Part shown: one piece after another, positions 49,901-61,889 of the stretch
How positions within the stretch are numbered: the stretch's first letter is position 1
Layout of the letters: the number at the start of each line of letters is the position of its first letter
Assembly (NCBI GenBank): GCA_950097015.1
Contig: CATNEN010000038.1
Coordinates: forward strand, 4,464,001 to 4,528,000
Direction: 5' to 3'
Source of the DNA: Macrostomum hystrix
Lineage: Eukaryota > Animalia > Platyhelminthes
Length of the DNA: 64,000 nucleotides
Notes under the pieces: generated by a model
Told to the model about the DNA's origin: nothing
What the model saw: only the letters and a program-made list of their open reading frames with translations
Database searches by the model: none
Position numbers and translations under genes: made by a program

Positions 49901-52425
49901 CATTCTGCGCCAGAAAGACCTGCAGGCAAAGGAAGCCATGCACAATGGACACTGAAATTGGTAGGGTGGGTTTCAAAGAAATGGAAATTATTGAGAGTTG
50001 CTGTAGATGTGCGTGCTTTATAAGATTATTTACAATTGTGAGCGTGTTGAACTCGTAACTAATAGTTGTAGATATTATTGAACAAACAGTTTTGGATGTA
50101 ATCAAGCTTGACAGGTGTGAATGCTGCTATAAACAATCAGTTTTATAATGTACTATAACTATAATGTAATCTTAGCTGCCTAAACACAAAGGATTTAGGA
50201 TTTTAAGGATTTCAAAATCTTAAAAATACCAATTTAACGCGCACAATCAGACTGAAACTAATCTACTAGTGCGAGAGGTTTTGATCAAACTTTAATTTCT
50301 GGCGTGAATTCGTCAATCATTATTTCTTATTAGTACAGTAAATGAATTCACCGATATTAATTTAAGAAGAGATTATGCTAATAGGACCTCCAAAAACACA
50401 GACCAACGCAGAGAACACAATGTGTCAACGTTAATAACATAATTTTATATAATAATATTAGCAGAAAAACGTTCGTGAATTCAAAAAAGCTGTGGAAAGT
50501 AAACTATAATAAACTTGTACTAATGCATATAGATAAAAGATACTCCTAACATACTACTAACTGTTAATTCGCAGAGGTTTTAAAAGTGCCAAATTTTAGA
50601 AGGGAGAAAGAAAAAACATCTATGACGGTAAAAATGTTGTTTTTATAAATGAAATTTTAGAAAAATTTGTCTAATCCGTCGAATTAGGTCCGCTATTTGG
50701 TTTTAACTTAAGAAAATCAGGTACATTAAAAGCTGGCTGTTTGAGTTCGCATCGCAGACAAGCAACCTGCTGATTGGCTGGCCCAGGCTAGCAGTTGTAG
50801 GCGTCCATGCTGATTGGCTGGCCCAGGCTAGCAGTTGTAGGCGGCCATGCTGATATCCGGCCTGTGGTAGCTGCGTTCTCCGGTGCCAATTGCGGACACG
50901 TCTCGCCTGGACAGGTCGATTTGCTGTTGCTTAGCAACCAGGCAGGCGAACTCGCGATATTCCAATGCACGCGCCGCGTCAGCCGCCTCAATGCGCTTAC
51001 TTTTAGTAGTATAGTCGTGGTTTGTATTGCTTTTACTTTTTCCGCCGTGCGAAGTAGTTGCGGCTGCTGCGATGCTCGACGGAGCCAAAAACGGCGGCTC
51101 GTCACCCGGCGGCTGAAGATCGGCGGCGGCCATGCGGCGCAGCCGGCGCCGGTACTGATGGCAGGAGTAGGACAGCCGGCACACAGGAACCAGCACTAGG
51201 GAGGCCAGAGCGGCAACCAGTAGGTAGTGATGCCACTCCAGCTGGTCGGCGCCGACGCGGCCGATGAACAGCTTCATCAGAGCCAGGCTGGTGCTGATGG
51301 ACAGCGGCACGAAGATCGCAACCAAGGCAGCGTCGATCGCCAGGCTTCGGCGGACGCTTTTTATGCTGAAGAATCTGCGAGCTCGACTTCTCGGTGGCGA
51401 CGCTTGATATTCGTTGCCAACGGCACCAGGCCGGATGGTCCGCACACTGAGATTGCTGAGGCGGCTCTTGTGTCCCCTCTGCTGCTGCTGCTGCTGCTGC
51501 TGTTGCTGCCGCCGATCGCCGTTGCACACGGCTGACAATGGCAGAATGGCTGAGAGAGACAGGCGCGGCGGCTGCATGCCATCGGCATCGGGTGTACTTT
51601 TCCAGCAGCCGCCGGGTGCGCCTGGTGGCAACAAGAGATTGTTGCTGTTGGCGCCTCCGCAGCTGGACGCTGTTGCCATGCAGCCTGCCGAACTGGCACA
51701 CACCGGCTGTGGCTGCGGCTGCAGCGGCTTCTGATTGTTCCGGCTAGTATTGCAGTTGTTTGAGCTACAGTTGGCAGACATCTTTTGAGCACAACAAAAA
51801 CGTTTCTAAGAGTGCCAGTTCAATGCTCGGTTGGCCGGTCGTGGCAGTCGGGTTTCTAGTTGTGCTGTTGTTGATTTTATTTGATTAACACTTGCCTCGT
51901 TGATCAATCAGAGAGGCAGGTAAGAATTAGGAGGGGTGAGTGGACATCAACGTGACGTAACTTGGCGTCGCACCCCGGACCACTTGACAGGCGAAGTGGA
52001 CATGATGAGTCAGCAAAATATTAGGCTAGCGAGTACATGAGATTCGTGTACATCTCATGAGTGTACATGAGAGGTCGAAAGTTTTGCTTAAAATACTTTG
52101 CAACAAGAAATCTCGAGCTAACGTGAGTACTGGCCATTCACATCATTTTACTTTACTACTATACTGGCTAAGTTAATTGAGTCGAGACATGCTTCTAGTC
52201 AATTTTACGCTGTTTTCAGAGCGTCAGGAATTTCGGATACTTACATGGCTTTCTCTTGTCAATAGGCAGTGTCATCTTGCAAGTCGATGGACTTCCTTCC
52301 AGCGCGTACACATAAGTGTGCAGCTCTTTGTCAAACACCTTTCTGATGGAGGAGCCAGAAATCTTCCAATTTTCAGCTGGACCCCGTCCCTGACCAGAGA
52401 ACAGCTCATAATACTGTGACCCGCT
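40965..52425 (-). CDS. CFAP20DC: CFAP20 domain-containing protein (C3orf67 orthologue); start exon unresolved
   Basis: Exons 52425-52245, 49951-49879, 49735-49624, 49491-48794, 48704-48368, 47953-47825 and 41351-40965 total 1917 nt in phase. The N-terminal CFA20 domain shows ELFSGQG..W..KVFDKE..LEG, FLCLQV..FSFEL.VTD.GNNRRRL.FST, WTNLAIDL and ANCRLCRV. The C-terminus has the family signature [22 protein letters not shown]. Confidence 0.9.
41358..47745. repeat. 6.4-kb 11-mer satellite GATTCA(G/T)TT(G/T)(G/A) filling the last CFAP20DC intron, with a 2067-bp higher-order duplication
   Basis: About 580 monomers of roughly five variants. Rare variants recur exactly 2067 bp apart, and the ORF track shows matching ORFs at 42371/44438, 43119/45186 and 44207/46274. 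Confidence 0.97.
48051..48237. repeat. 24-bp intronic minisatellite, ~7.5 copies
   Basis: Unit GATTCCATCTGAAGCTACTGCTGC, within CFAP20DC intron 47954-48367. Confidence 0.95.
50828..51781 (-). CDS. Intronless two-TM protein nested in a CFAP20DC intron on the same strand; MARCH2/3-like TM region without RING-CH
   Basis: A 317-codon GC-rich ORF with ATG and poly-Q lies wholly inside intron 49952-52244. It has two hydrophobic helices, AALVAIFVPLSISTSLALM and YLLVAALASLVLVPVC. A 40-bp tandem duplication covers the stop codon (50769-50854). Confidence 0.72.
   Translation of the reverse strand: MSANCSSNNCNTSRNNQKPLQPQPQPVCASSAGCMATASSCGGANSNNLLLPPGAPGGCWKSTPDADGMQPPRLSLSAILPLSAVCNGDRRQQQQQQQQQQRGHKSRLSNLSVRTIRPGAVGNEYQASPPRSRARRFFSIKSVRRSLAIDAALVAIFVPLSISTSLALMKLFIGRVGADQLEWHHYLLVAALASLVLVPVCRLSYSCHQYRRRLRRMAAADLQPPGDEPPFLAPSSIAAAATTSHGGKSKSNTNHDYTTKSKRIEAADAARALEYREFACLVAKQQQIDLSRRDVSAIGTGERSYHRPDISMAAYNC
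51950..52012. promoter_or_regulatory. Candidate internal promoter of the nested gene (CRE-like and AP-1 sites)
   Basis: TGACGTAA (51953) and TGAGTCA (52006) lie 170-230 bp upstream of ATG 51781. Confidence 0.35.
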
Positions 52426-54639
52426 CTGAAATAAAAGTTGCATACTCACTTGCTTATGTAGAGGCAAAATGAGTGTATAAAAATTGTTGGCAAACGAAAA
52501 ATACAATAATTATTTTTTGAAATGCTCTACGACTAATTATCAACTAAAATGTGTTCTTAATTTCTTAACCAGTGTAGTTCAGTAATGTTCTTTACTGATC
52601 GTTTAGAATTATTTATAGAAGCAAATAGTAATAAAATGTGAATTAGCAGTCTAAAACCTCTCTTTCAAAAAAATAATAATTGTATTTTGTAACGCAACAC
52701 TTAAAATCTAAATCCAAACTACAAAGGTACTATTATTTAAGCCACCATTATTAAATTACTCTCTTCCGACATAAAAGTAGCCTTAAAAATGAAAATATTC
52801 ATCAAATTTAGTCGAAAAGTTTCGATTTCGATGGCGAGTTAAATAAAAAATATTGCACAGATGAGAAAATGCGAATAAAGGTATATAAACTAAGTGAATA
52901 AACCGGCCAGAGTTTATTATCTATAGTCAAACTAAAAGTTTTAAATTCCGAGATCAACTAATAGGCTCACAATGATCATAAGGATTATACTTATAAGGAT
53001 TGCCTCTACATTAGACTTTGTTTCTATTATTTCTATTTTCGTAAAAATATAGTTAACGTGTTCTTTAATAATTTACAGAAAAGCTTATTCACTGTAGTTT
53101 CTTCTAGTGTGGTTAATATTTACAATTGAACATTGCAGTGTTGCTGAGTTGGCTAAAAAAAGCAAATTTCCTTTAAAATGCCATTTTAAAATAAACACCG
53201 TGGTCTGTTTCTTAGAAAATAACTATTATGGTCTCTAGTTAAACAAAAAGTAACAAAAATATAGATCCTTACCAAATTTGAGGTCTCAAAGAACCAGACG
53301 TACTCTAATAGCCTATACAAAAATGGTAATACTACTAAGTAGAAACACATTCTTATATTTTTTCTATAGCTCTGTTTCTCTGAAGGTTAATTGCGTAAAT
53401 CGGCTTTGCTCCTAGTCCTATGAAAAGAAAAAACTTCACAAAAACAAGATTAAGACTGTCATCAGATGCTTGTCTTGGTATATATTTTCTTCGGGTCCTC
53501 ATTTAGCTGTATCATACAGCTTATTAAGATATTCTCTCATACGCGTTTTTTGTTTCTTATTTCAATCTGTATTAGGCCTAGGGCTACCGCCTACTGAGCC
53601 TATGGCCTTAGCAGTATTGATAATTATCTAGAAGTAGGCCTAGAAATAAGCATGTAGGCCTATGCATATTGCTATATTTTTCAAGCGGATCTTTTCTAGG
53701 CCTAGCTATTAAGTTTGACTGAGAGGCCTTCTCAAAGTTAAAAGAATGTTAAGGCTAGGGCTCTCTATTCTTTTTTATTACATTTGCAAAGCCATATATA
53801 TATGTAGGCCTACATATATGTATATTTGGCTGTTGGCAATACAATACACTAATATGTATATAGCTCTAGCTGAGCTAAATATGCTTAAGTCAATAGTGCC
53901 TCCATGTCAAAATGGCCACTTGACACAATGTTATGTTTATTGCATACTAAACAATGGGAACCTATTTTGTGCAAAGGAACACATACATGCGCAACACCCA
54001 GCCAACCCGGCCGAACCGGCCAGGTGAAATGAGGGCCAAGCAAGGTAAGTCGCAAATACCAATCGACCAAGCGCAAAAAATCAAAGGGGGGACCAAGGGA
54101 CAAAAAAGGAAGGCGTGAAGAAAAGGAAAAAGGGGAGAGAAAAAGAGAGCAAATGAGAGCAAACTAAGTCGTAAATAGAGCAGTGAAACAAACTAAGTCA
54201 CAAATGAGAGCAAAAACTAAGTCGCATGGCCGGCTAAGATTTGGAAGGTTGCGCATGTATGAAAGAACATGTTGATTTTTTTATGTTTGATCATATTTGT
54301 TTTTCCTAGCGAGCGGAGCTAAATAGTCTACTAGATTTTTATTTGTTGTTGCACTTGCATAGGCAATAGGCAATACCTGCATTTAAACCTTTCAAAAACT
54401 TAGGTGCAAAAAGTTTCAGCTTACACAAAAATTTGTGCAACCTGTCATTTAAAAGGATACTTTTATAGGCCTACTTTTAAGCAAAAAAGGCTTCAACTCA
54501 AGAAACTTTTAAGTCCAGTTAGGCCTACTCAAGAAACATGCATCAATCAAAAACTAATGCTGCTACCATTTGTTTGCAGAACTGACAGATTAGGCCTAGT
54601 CAAACACAGTTGGCAAGCTTCTCTATAGGCCCCTAGCAC

Positions 54640-55250
54640 AGTATCTGTGAAGGTCAACTAGCATGCAACAATGGCAGCTTCCAGCTCTGCCAGTGATTGG
54701 TACTGCTTGTTGCCAGCATAGAGCTTCCTTGCCATGGCACCCCAGAGGTTCTCTACTGGGTTTAGGAGTCTGGGAACAGAGCCAGCTAGTCCATCACTTC
54801 ATTGAAGTTCTTGGCCAGAAAAGCCCTAGTTGCCTAAGCCATGTGTGTAATAGCATTGTCTTGCTGCAAAACATTCTGTCCCACTGCAGGTGCCACTGTG
54901 GCAGTGCTTGAATCATGTGATGCTTCAGAAGTTCTTAGTAGCACTTAGCATCAAGAGTTACTTTGACTTTAGCAAGGACACACACTACAGGCAGTAAATC
55001 CTCCTCAAAACATGATGGCACCACCTTTAAATTGACAAATTGATACTCCCTGGCACTTCTTTGTACAAGTAATCAGAATTGACTAAATGGTCAGTGTCTG
55101 CCAAGAAGTTTCTAGTTACTGACACTGACCATATGATTCCTTGGTAATGTTGCAGCAAGATCAGGAGGTTGCACAGGGATCACTGAGCCCCATTGTCACC
55201 TATTGAAGCCCAAGAAGGAAATTGTTCTGCTTTTCAGCAATAGACACTTT
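54640..55250 (-). pseudogene. Decayed Tc1/Tc3-type (DD34E) transposase fragment
   Basis: The minus strand, with stops and frameshifts, reads GGAIMF*GGF..LDAKCY*ELL..LQQDNAITHMA*ATRAFLAKNFNEVMD*LALFPD/NPVENLW/AMARKLYAGNKQYQSLAELEAAI. This matches the Tc1-family motifs GGGSVMVWG, FQQDNA.H and WP..SPDLNPIENLW. Confidence 0.8.
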
Positions 55251-56220
55251 AGTACTGTGGGGAATAGTGTGTTTAAATGGCTAGCTACTGCTGCATTAAG
55301 GGCTGTTGATTCATGTTTATAGATGCCTTTAAGTGGGGACCATGAAATATTTAGAAATAATCTAAAGTGATTGCATGCTTGATTAACTAAAAAATTCTGG
55401 CACTGACTATTTTAAACAAAAATGTAAGCTAATTAAGTTAAGGAAATGCACTATTAATCAATTGTGTGTCAGGGTGCTTCTAAAGATTCGGGACACCTCA
55501 AATTGGAGGATATTAGCAATAGAACTCGATGTGATAGCACAACTGACTGATCAGCACATGTGAACATGTGACATGCCCATATTTCAGGCATGTATTAATG
55601 ATCCTGCATAAGTGTTGCCTGCCAAATATGGTATACAAGTTTGTCATGCTAGAAGTTTTATATAACAGTTATTAATGTTGTCTTTCATATATGTAGTCTT
55701 TTAAGACAAATAGCCGGCTACTTTTTTTAATTTTCTAGTCATTATTTGTTAGCTGTCAAAAATACTAACCTTGGCTTTTAATTGATGCTTATGTTAATTG
55801 TGAATTTTTTTAATAGGTATAAGGCTCTTCTATCTGTCTAGGTATCCAGTCTGTCATATGTTTCCATTGAACATTGAACATAAAATTTGATCTGATATTT
55901 ACTTAAATTGAAAAAAACTAGTTAGCATTGAATGCCATTTGAAGTACATAATTGACCTATAGAACTTAGTTTTTCGCCAATTTGCTGTGCCCAATGTGAA
56001 TGCTCATAATATTTATGCTTAACTGTATTTTCAGATAAAACTTACCAGTAGTTGTGCAACGATAAACACATTTTTTGAGCTGAGCTATGTCTATGCACTG
56101 GTTAGATGTCTAAGAATATTTGTGCCAGAGATTGACTCGCCAATACTCAAAGGACCTAGTGAGTCTGGCCCTAGATTGAACAGTTGAATTGTTCTCTCAC
56201 AAGTTGAGAAGCCTCGGCAG

Positions 56221-59200
56221 ATGGCAGGCAGTGGTAGCTCCAGGCCACCGGAGGATCTTGAGCAGGCCTCAATTCTAGGCCAGGAGTCTGCTGCTGTTGC
56301 TTCGCTTCGTTATCTAAACGCTACAACAGCTGGTCTTGCATCCCAGCAGCAGCAGTCGAGGCCGAAAACTAAGTCCGGAAATCCATTTCTTGAGGTGGAC
56401 GATGAGGAGAGCGAAGTAGAGATTGAAAGTGACGACGGTGATAACGGTGCTACTCCAGTGCAGTCGCAGCAGCGGCAGCAACTGCAGCAGCAGCTGTCTT
56501 CTAGGCAGCAGGCGCCGCACTCGGAGGTGTCCGTTCACAGATTTGCTGAATACCTTCTATCGAATAAGTTCTACCTCACTGCTCTGGAATACCACGCCGA
56601 ACTGTGCGAGCGAGGCGAGCCGCAGGTGCCAAAGCTGGCGAATTTCTTTAGCAATCCGGGTAATTTCGAGTCCACCTATTGGCCAGCACTGGAGGGACAC
56701 AGCGGTTCGATTGCCCATAATGCGAATAGTGCGGGGCGCATGCAACGCTCGCCCAGTGTGACGACATTCGATTCCATCGATGCGGCTAGAAATTCGGACA
56801 ATGGCGATCAGGGCACCGATGAGCGCATCCCAGTGATGGAGTTCGAGCTGCGGAAGGCTCGAGAAACCATCGCCAGTCTGAGGCAGGAGCTCACAGATCG
56901 GGCCAAATCACTGCTGCAGCCGCACCGTTTGTCGGAGGAGGACCCGGAGGCGCCCGGCTCAGCTGGTGTCGCCATTGGTGGCGTAGGCGGCGGCGGTTCC
57001 TATGGCAACAATGACGACGCTGTCAGTGCGGGTGCCGACGAGCCCATTCAAAGTCACGAGAGGCGAGTGCTGAATTTCCTCATATACGAGTACCTGCTGC
57101 AGATGAACTATAAGTACACGCCGGCCTCGTTCGCCGAAGAAAACGCCGAGCAAATCTTCGACTCTTGGGATGACGTCGGATTGAACATGCCGAAGCCGAA
57201 GGATCTGCTTCGAATGCTGCGCTCGCAGGAAACCGCCTCGGTTGCTGCGGCTGCTGCGGCCGTGGCTGCGGCATTGAAAACTTCAACCGCCGAGTGTCAG
57301 ACGGAGGCCGATCCCGACCGCCTGGCCTGGGAGAAGGAGCGACTGGAGCTGCGCGAGCGCACCGAGGAGCTGGAAGAGCTGGTCGACCAGTTGAAGGCTG
57401 AGTCGGCTACTGCCAAGCAGCGGATGCTTAAACTGGAGAATGACCTGTACAGAGCCAGGTAGATACTAATGTTTTGACCGATAAAAATGCATCCTTTTGA
57501 GCGGTATTAAACGGTCGTTTTAAACGCATCATTTTAGCCTCGACGCTTCTGTAACGACTTAAACTCTTCTGTAACGACTCAAACTCTTCTGTAACGACTC
57601 AAACTCTTCTTTAACGACAAAAACTCTTCTGTAACGACTCAAACTCTTCTTTAACGACTCAAACTCTTCTTTAACGACTCAAACTCTTCTTTAACGACTC
57701 AAACTCTTCTTTAACGACTTAAACTCTTCTGTAACGACTCAAACTCTTCTGTAACGACTCAAACTCTTCTTTAACGACAAAAACTCTTCTGTAACGACTC
57801 AAACTCTTCTTTAACGACTCAAACTCTTCTTTAACGACTCAAACTCTTCTTTAACGACTCAAACTCTTCTTTAACGACTCAAACACTTTTTTAACGACTC
57901 AAACTCTTCTTTAACGACTCAAACTCTTCTTTAACGACTCGAAATCTTCTTTAACGACTCAAAATTTTCTGTAACCACTAAGACTTTTCTGTACTGACCC
58001 AAACTCCTCTTCAACTCAGTGTAACGACTGAAATTTAAACTCCCATATTTAACATTCTGAACTGAGATTCGAATCCTCGTCGTCCATCTCGCCAGGTCCA
58101 ACATTGCCGCCAACCGTGGCAAACGACCAGACGCCGCCAGTGCCGACAGCTCCAACACCGGTGCCTCCGCTCTCGCCTCTGCCGCTCCATCCTCCTCTGG
58201 CAATCGCGAAGTTGACGAACTTATCGACGATGAAGAGCCCAGCTTCACCGCCACATCCCGCTCCGTGCCCCAGGCATTCATTCGCCAGTTATACCAGTCT
58301 GTGCTGCCATTCCGATTGGAGGAAAGCCTGGTTACCATGGGAACCAGTCCCGAGGAGCTTGTCCGCATTCTCGGCCACGTGCTGCCCTGTCTCATTCCCG
58401 GTGTGCTGTTCGACTATCGGCACCTGGCAGTGCCTCTGGCGGTCCACACGGCCTGCCTGCACCCGGACTCTGGGGCCCGAGACCAGCTTCTCCGCCTGCT
58501 GTTCAACATGACCAAGACTCCGGACAGGAAGCAGCGAAATGAAATCCTGGAGGGCTGCCTCAGCTTCGCCAAGAGCGTCGGGCCCAGCCGCATCGAAGCT
58601 GAACTGCTGCCGCAGATCTGGGAGCAGCTCGGCCACAAGGCCGACTCGCGCCGACTGCTGGTTGTTGAAGCCTGCGCCACCCTGCTGCCTTTCCTGCCGC
58701 CGACCCTGCGCGACTCCTTGCTGCTCAGCATGCTGCAGCAGATGTACGATGAGGAGCGTACACCCGAGGTTCGCTGCGCCATCATTCGCACCTTCTCCCT
58801 GCTGGCCTGCTACATTGAGGATCGGGATAAGTTTGCCGGCATCGCTAAAATCCTGATGGCCTGTTTAGTAGACAGCAATAGCGAAACCATTGCTGAGGCC
58901 ACAACGGATTATCTGCTGCCGGCTGTGGCAAGCTGGGCTCTGGAGCTCGGCTGCCTGCACACCGGCCTCCTGGATCCGCTGATCGACCGTCTGGAGGCCA
59001 GCCTTCGCCAACTGCCCAGCGTCTCCGAGGCGATGCAGCTGTCCCGCCTGCTGCAGCTGCTGCGCCTCCTGATCCCATTCCTGGTGGTGTGGATTGTTCG
59101 CCACCTGCCGCAGAGCTCCGGCTATGGTCAGCAACAGCAGCAGGAGATGCAGCAACAGCAGCAGCAGAAGCAGCAACATAGTTTATTCCATTATACATTT

Positions 59201-60821
59201 GATAAAAAATCTACCGACCATAGCAACGGTGAAGTGGCTTCATCAACGGCCTCCGTAACTTCCGCATTGAATCGGCCGAATCTCTACGCCTACGATCTGA
59301 TCTGCCCGAGCTTCGGCCTGTACAGCCAGGCCCTACACTGCTACTGCAGCCAGCCAGCATGGGAGGCCTGGTCTGAGGCTGCCTACATTAACTCCCGCCT
59401 CGCCCCGGCTTTGCTATCCGTGCTGCAGTGCCAGCACATCAGCGAGGCTCACTGCTCGGCCGTGTGTCGCCTATTCGCCCAGCTGTCCGCTAGCCTTGGC
59501 GTGTACTTTGTCCAGCGCACCCTGGTGCCGCTGATGAGGCGTCAGCTGTACGATTTGACCACCTCCCAGCTGAGGCTGGACGCATTGGAGACCTGCCTGC
59601 CCGCTGGCTACTGCGTCTGCCTGCTGGCCGCCTGCAGCGAGGATGATACCGACGCCTACGAGGCTGAGCTGCGAGACGAAGTGCACAAGGTACACTCTTC
59701 GTTGTTACACCTGCGAAAGTTGATCGACAGCTGTTTGTTCAGTCAGTGTCACAGTTTCACCTGCCCCGCCTGTCCAAGTCACTGACAGTCACGTGACACT
59801 GACAGTTTCACCTGCTCCATGCACCTGTTCGACTCACAGACAGTCACGTGACAGTTTCACCTGCTCCACCTGTTCACCTCACAGACAGTCACGTGACAGC
59901 TTCACCTGCTCCACCTGTTCAACAGAGATTGTCACGTGACACTTGTTCTCAAAACGATACCTCTGCCCGCAGGTCCTACTCGACGGTGTGGCCTCCCTGG
60001 CTAATGCCAAGCGCCGTCTAAACGGCATCTGCGCCAGCCTCAAGGAGCTGTGCAGCTGCCTGCCTGGCGGTGCCGGCGAGCGCGCCGCCCTCCGCCTCAT
60101 GTGGGACTGCATCGTGCTGCCGGAGGCCACGCCGGAGCTCCGGTCCGCCTGCTGTCGGCTGAGCAACGCCCTGGTGCACAGCACTGATAGCGAGGCCGCT
60201 TTGGCTGACACAGTCAAGGCCTTGGTCACGCTGGCCTCGGATCCGGCCGTCAGTGTCAGGCGAGCCTGCCTGAAGCCCCTCGGCTCGATATTGACTCTAG
60301 CCAAGTCGGCCGAGCTGCTAGACAAGGTTCGAGTCCAGACTAGCGAGCTTCTGTTTGATCCGGGCTTAGACGAAGATGTTGAATCCAGGATTGAGTGCGC
60401 CAATTATTGCACCACTTTTGGACCGAAAGTGGATCAGAGATTTCGCGAGGATGTACTTTTGCCAGCTCTGGACAGGCTGACAGCCAGTTCAGCTGGAGAG
60501 CAGAGGCTTCTGTTGAGTTTATTTGAGGCCTACTCAGCACTGAGCTGCTCCTATCTGAGCACAGCGGCGGCTGAGAACAAGCTGCTGCCAGGGCTGAGGC
60601 TGCTGGCTGACAGGCTGGCTGGACAGCCTGATCACCGCACTGTGGTTGACGCCATCATTCAGGACTTCGAGGCCAGACTTCAGGTGTCCTCGCAGCCAAC
60701 CGAGCCACAGCAACAGCAGCAGCAGCAGTCGGATGCAACAAAGTCCGGCAGTCTGGTTGATCGGCTGAAGGATCTGCGCGATGGCAAACACTCCAGATCG
60801 CTGTTTAGTCGAAAGAAATAG
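56221..60821 (+). CDS. RELCH: RAB11-binding protein RELCH (KIAA1468; LisH, coiled coil, HEAT repeats), 1226 aa
   Basis: Exons 56221-57458, 58096-59689 and 59973-60821 total 3681 nt in phase. Motifs: YLTALEYHAELCERG..L..FFSNPGNFE, EFELRKARETI..LR..LT, LisH RRVLNFLIYEYLL..NYK.T..SFAEE, RDQLL.LLFN..K.PD..QR..I..GC and ELLPQ.WEQ..HK...RRLLV.EAC. Confidence 0.93.
57547..57990. repeat. 20-bp intronic minisatellite, ~21 copies
   Basis: Unit AAACTCTTCT(T/G)TAACGACTC, in RELCH intron 1 (57459-58095). Confidence 0.95.
59745..59945. repeat. Imperfect ~45-55-bp repeats in RELCH intron 2, each with palindromic GTCACGTGAC
   Basis: GTCACGTGAC at 59788, 59843, 59888 and 59931, interleaved with CAGTTTCACCTGCTCC. 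Confidence 0.8.
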
Positions 60822-60879
60822 ACATTCATTCAATACCAATGATTTTTAGTAAAGGGAAATGCAGTTTTACTCCCTAAGC

Positions 60880-61045
60880 TCTGTTCTGAAGACTGCGTGT
60901 GCGTACCATAATGTGACAGGCCCCCACACCTACCCAAAACCAATTTACAGCTGAGCTAATATACAGCTGAATATAATATCCCCTCAAGGCTGAGAATCGA
61001 ACTCCCGACCTCCCTGTCAGAATTGGTTCGATGCTCAAACCGCAA
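60880..61045 (-). mobile_element. Degenerate tRNA-derived SINE
   Basis: The minus strand reads GCGGTTTGAGCATC..GGTCGGGAGTTCGATTCTC (B box), then CTCAGCTGTAAAT, a core also seen in the SINE at 12497. Confidence 0.5.
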
Positions 61046-61889
61046 GGGAACAATCTCACAATTAATAGGCTCATTATAAATCTGCAGTTGTCTACCTGTG
61101 ATGCTTATACTCCAGAAGTAGATACCCTCAATCACCATTGAAATCTGTGACTTTTTCCTTTGCACCTATTTTAAGCCCAGCTTAACAGTGTTTGTTTGTT
61201 ATTCTGAACACGTGAACTCATTTCTAAAAAAACTGAATCGGATTGTGCCTTTAATTATAGACTGTTCCCTGTACATGGAAGCATTGTGTACACTTAATGC
61301 CTGTTGTCATTTTTTTATTCCGTCAAAACATTTCCACACACATTCAGGTGTACTTCGAATTGAGTTATTTGGTCACACAAATTGATCATCTATTGATTTT
61401 TATGCTCATTTCTATTTATATAAGATGCAATCTCTAGCACCCACTTGGTTACTTCCAGTAGTGTGATTAGGATTTTGTTATGCGGACATTAATTGTGCAT
61501 ATTGTTGCATATTGTGATTTGAAGTATACAATTTTAATCTATTTCAGCGTCGTTTCAAAACATTTTTTCTGTTGCGTTATTTTCTCACTTCTCAAACATT
61601 CTCTGGCTGTTCTGCTTTCAGTGTAAATCCATTAGTAAATTTATTTGTCATTGTTTCCACAACGGATGATAAATTAGGAAAAATATGCCAATATTTAATG
61701 ACAATTTTATAATAACTTGTGATTTTATTTAAAATTCAAATCCTGTTTCAATAAGCGGACTGATTGTGAGTAATAAATATATGCACTTCTCAGTATGGAG
61801 ACATTGCACTTTTCTTATTAATATTTTAATTCACTGTGTTTCTCTATTTATTTAAACCGATTAACTTAGCTGATTACCTTAGACTCAAC

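Noticed and set aside
59181-59223. AT-rich patch within RELCH exon 2 resembling a mini-intron
   Set aside because: The GT..AG span is 43 nt and would shift the frame, while the ORF reads through intact.
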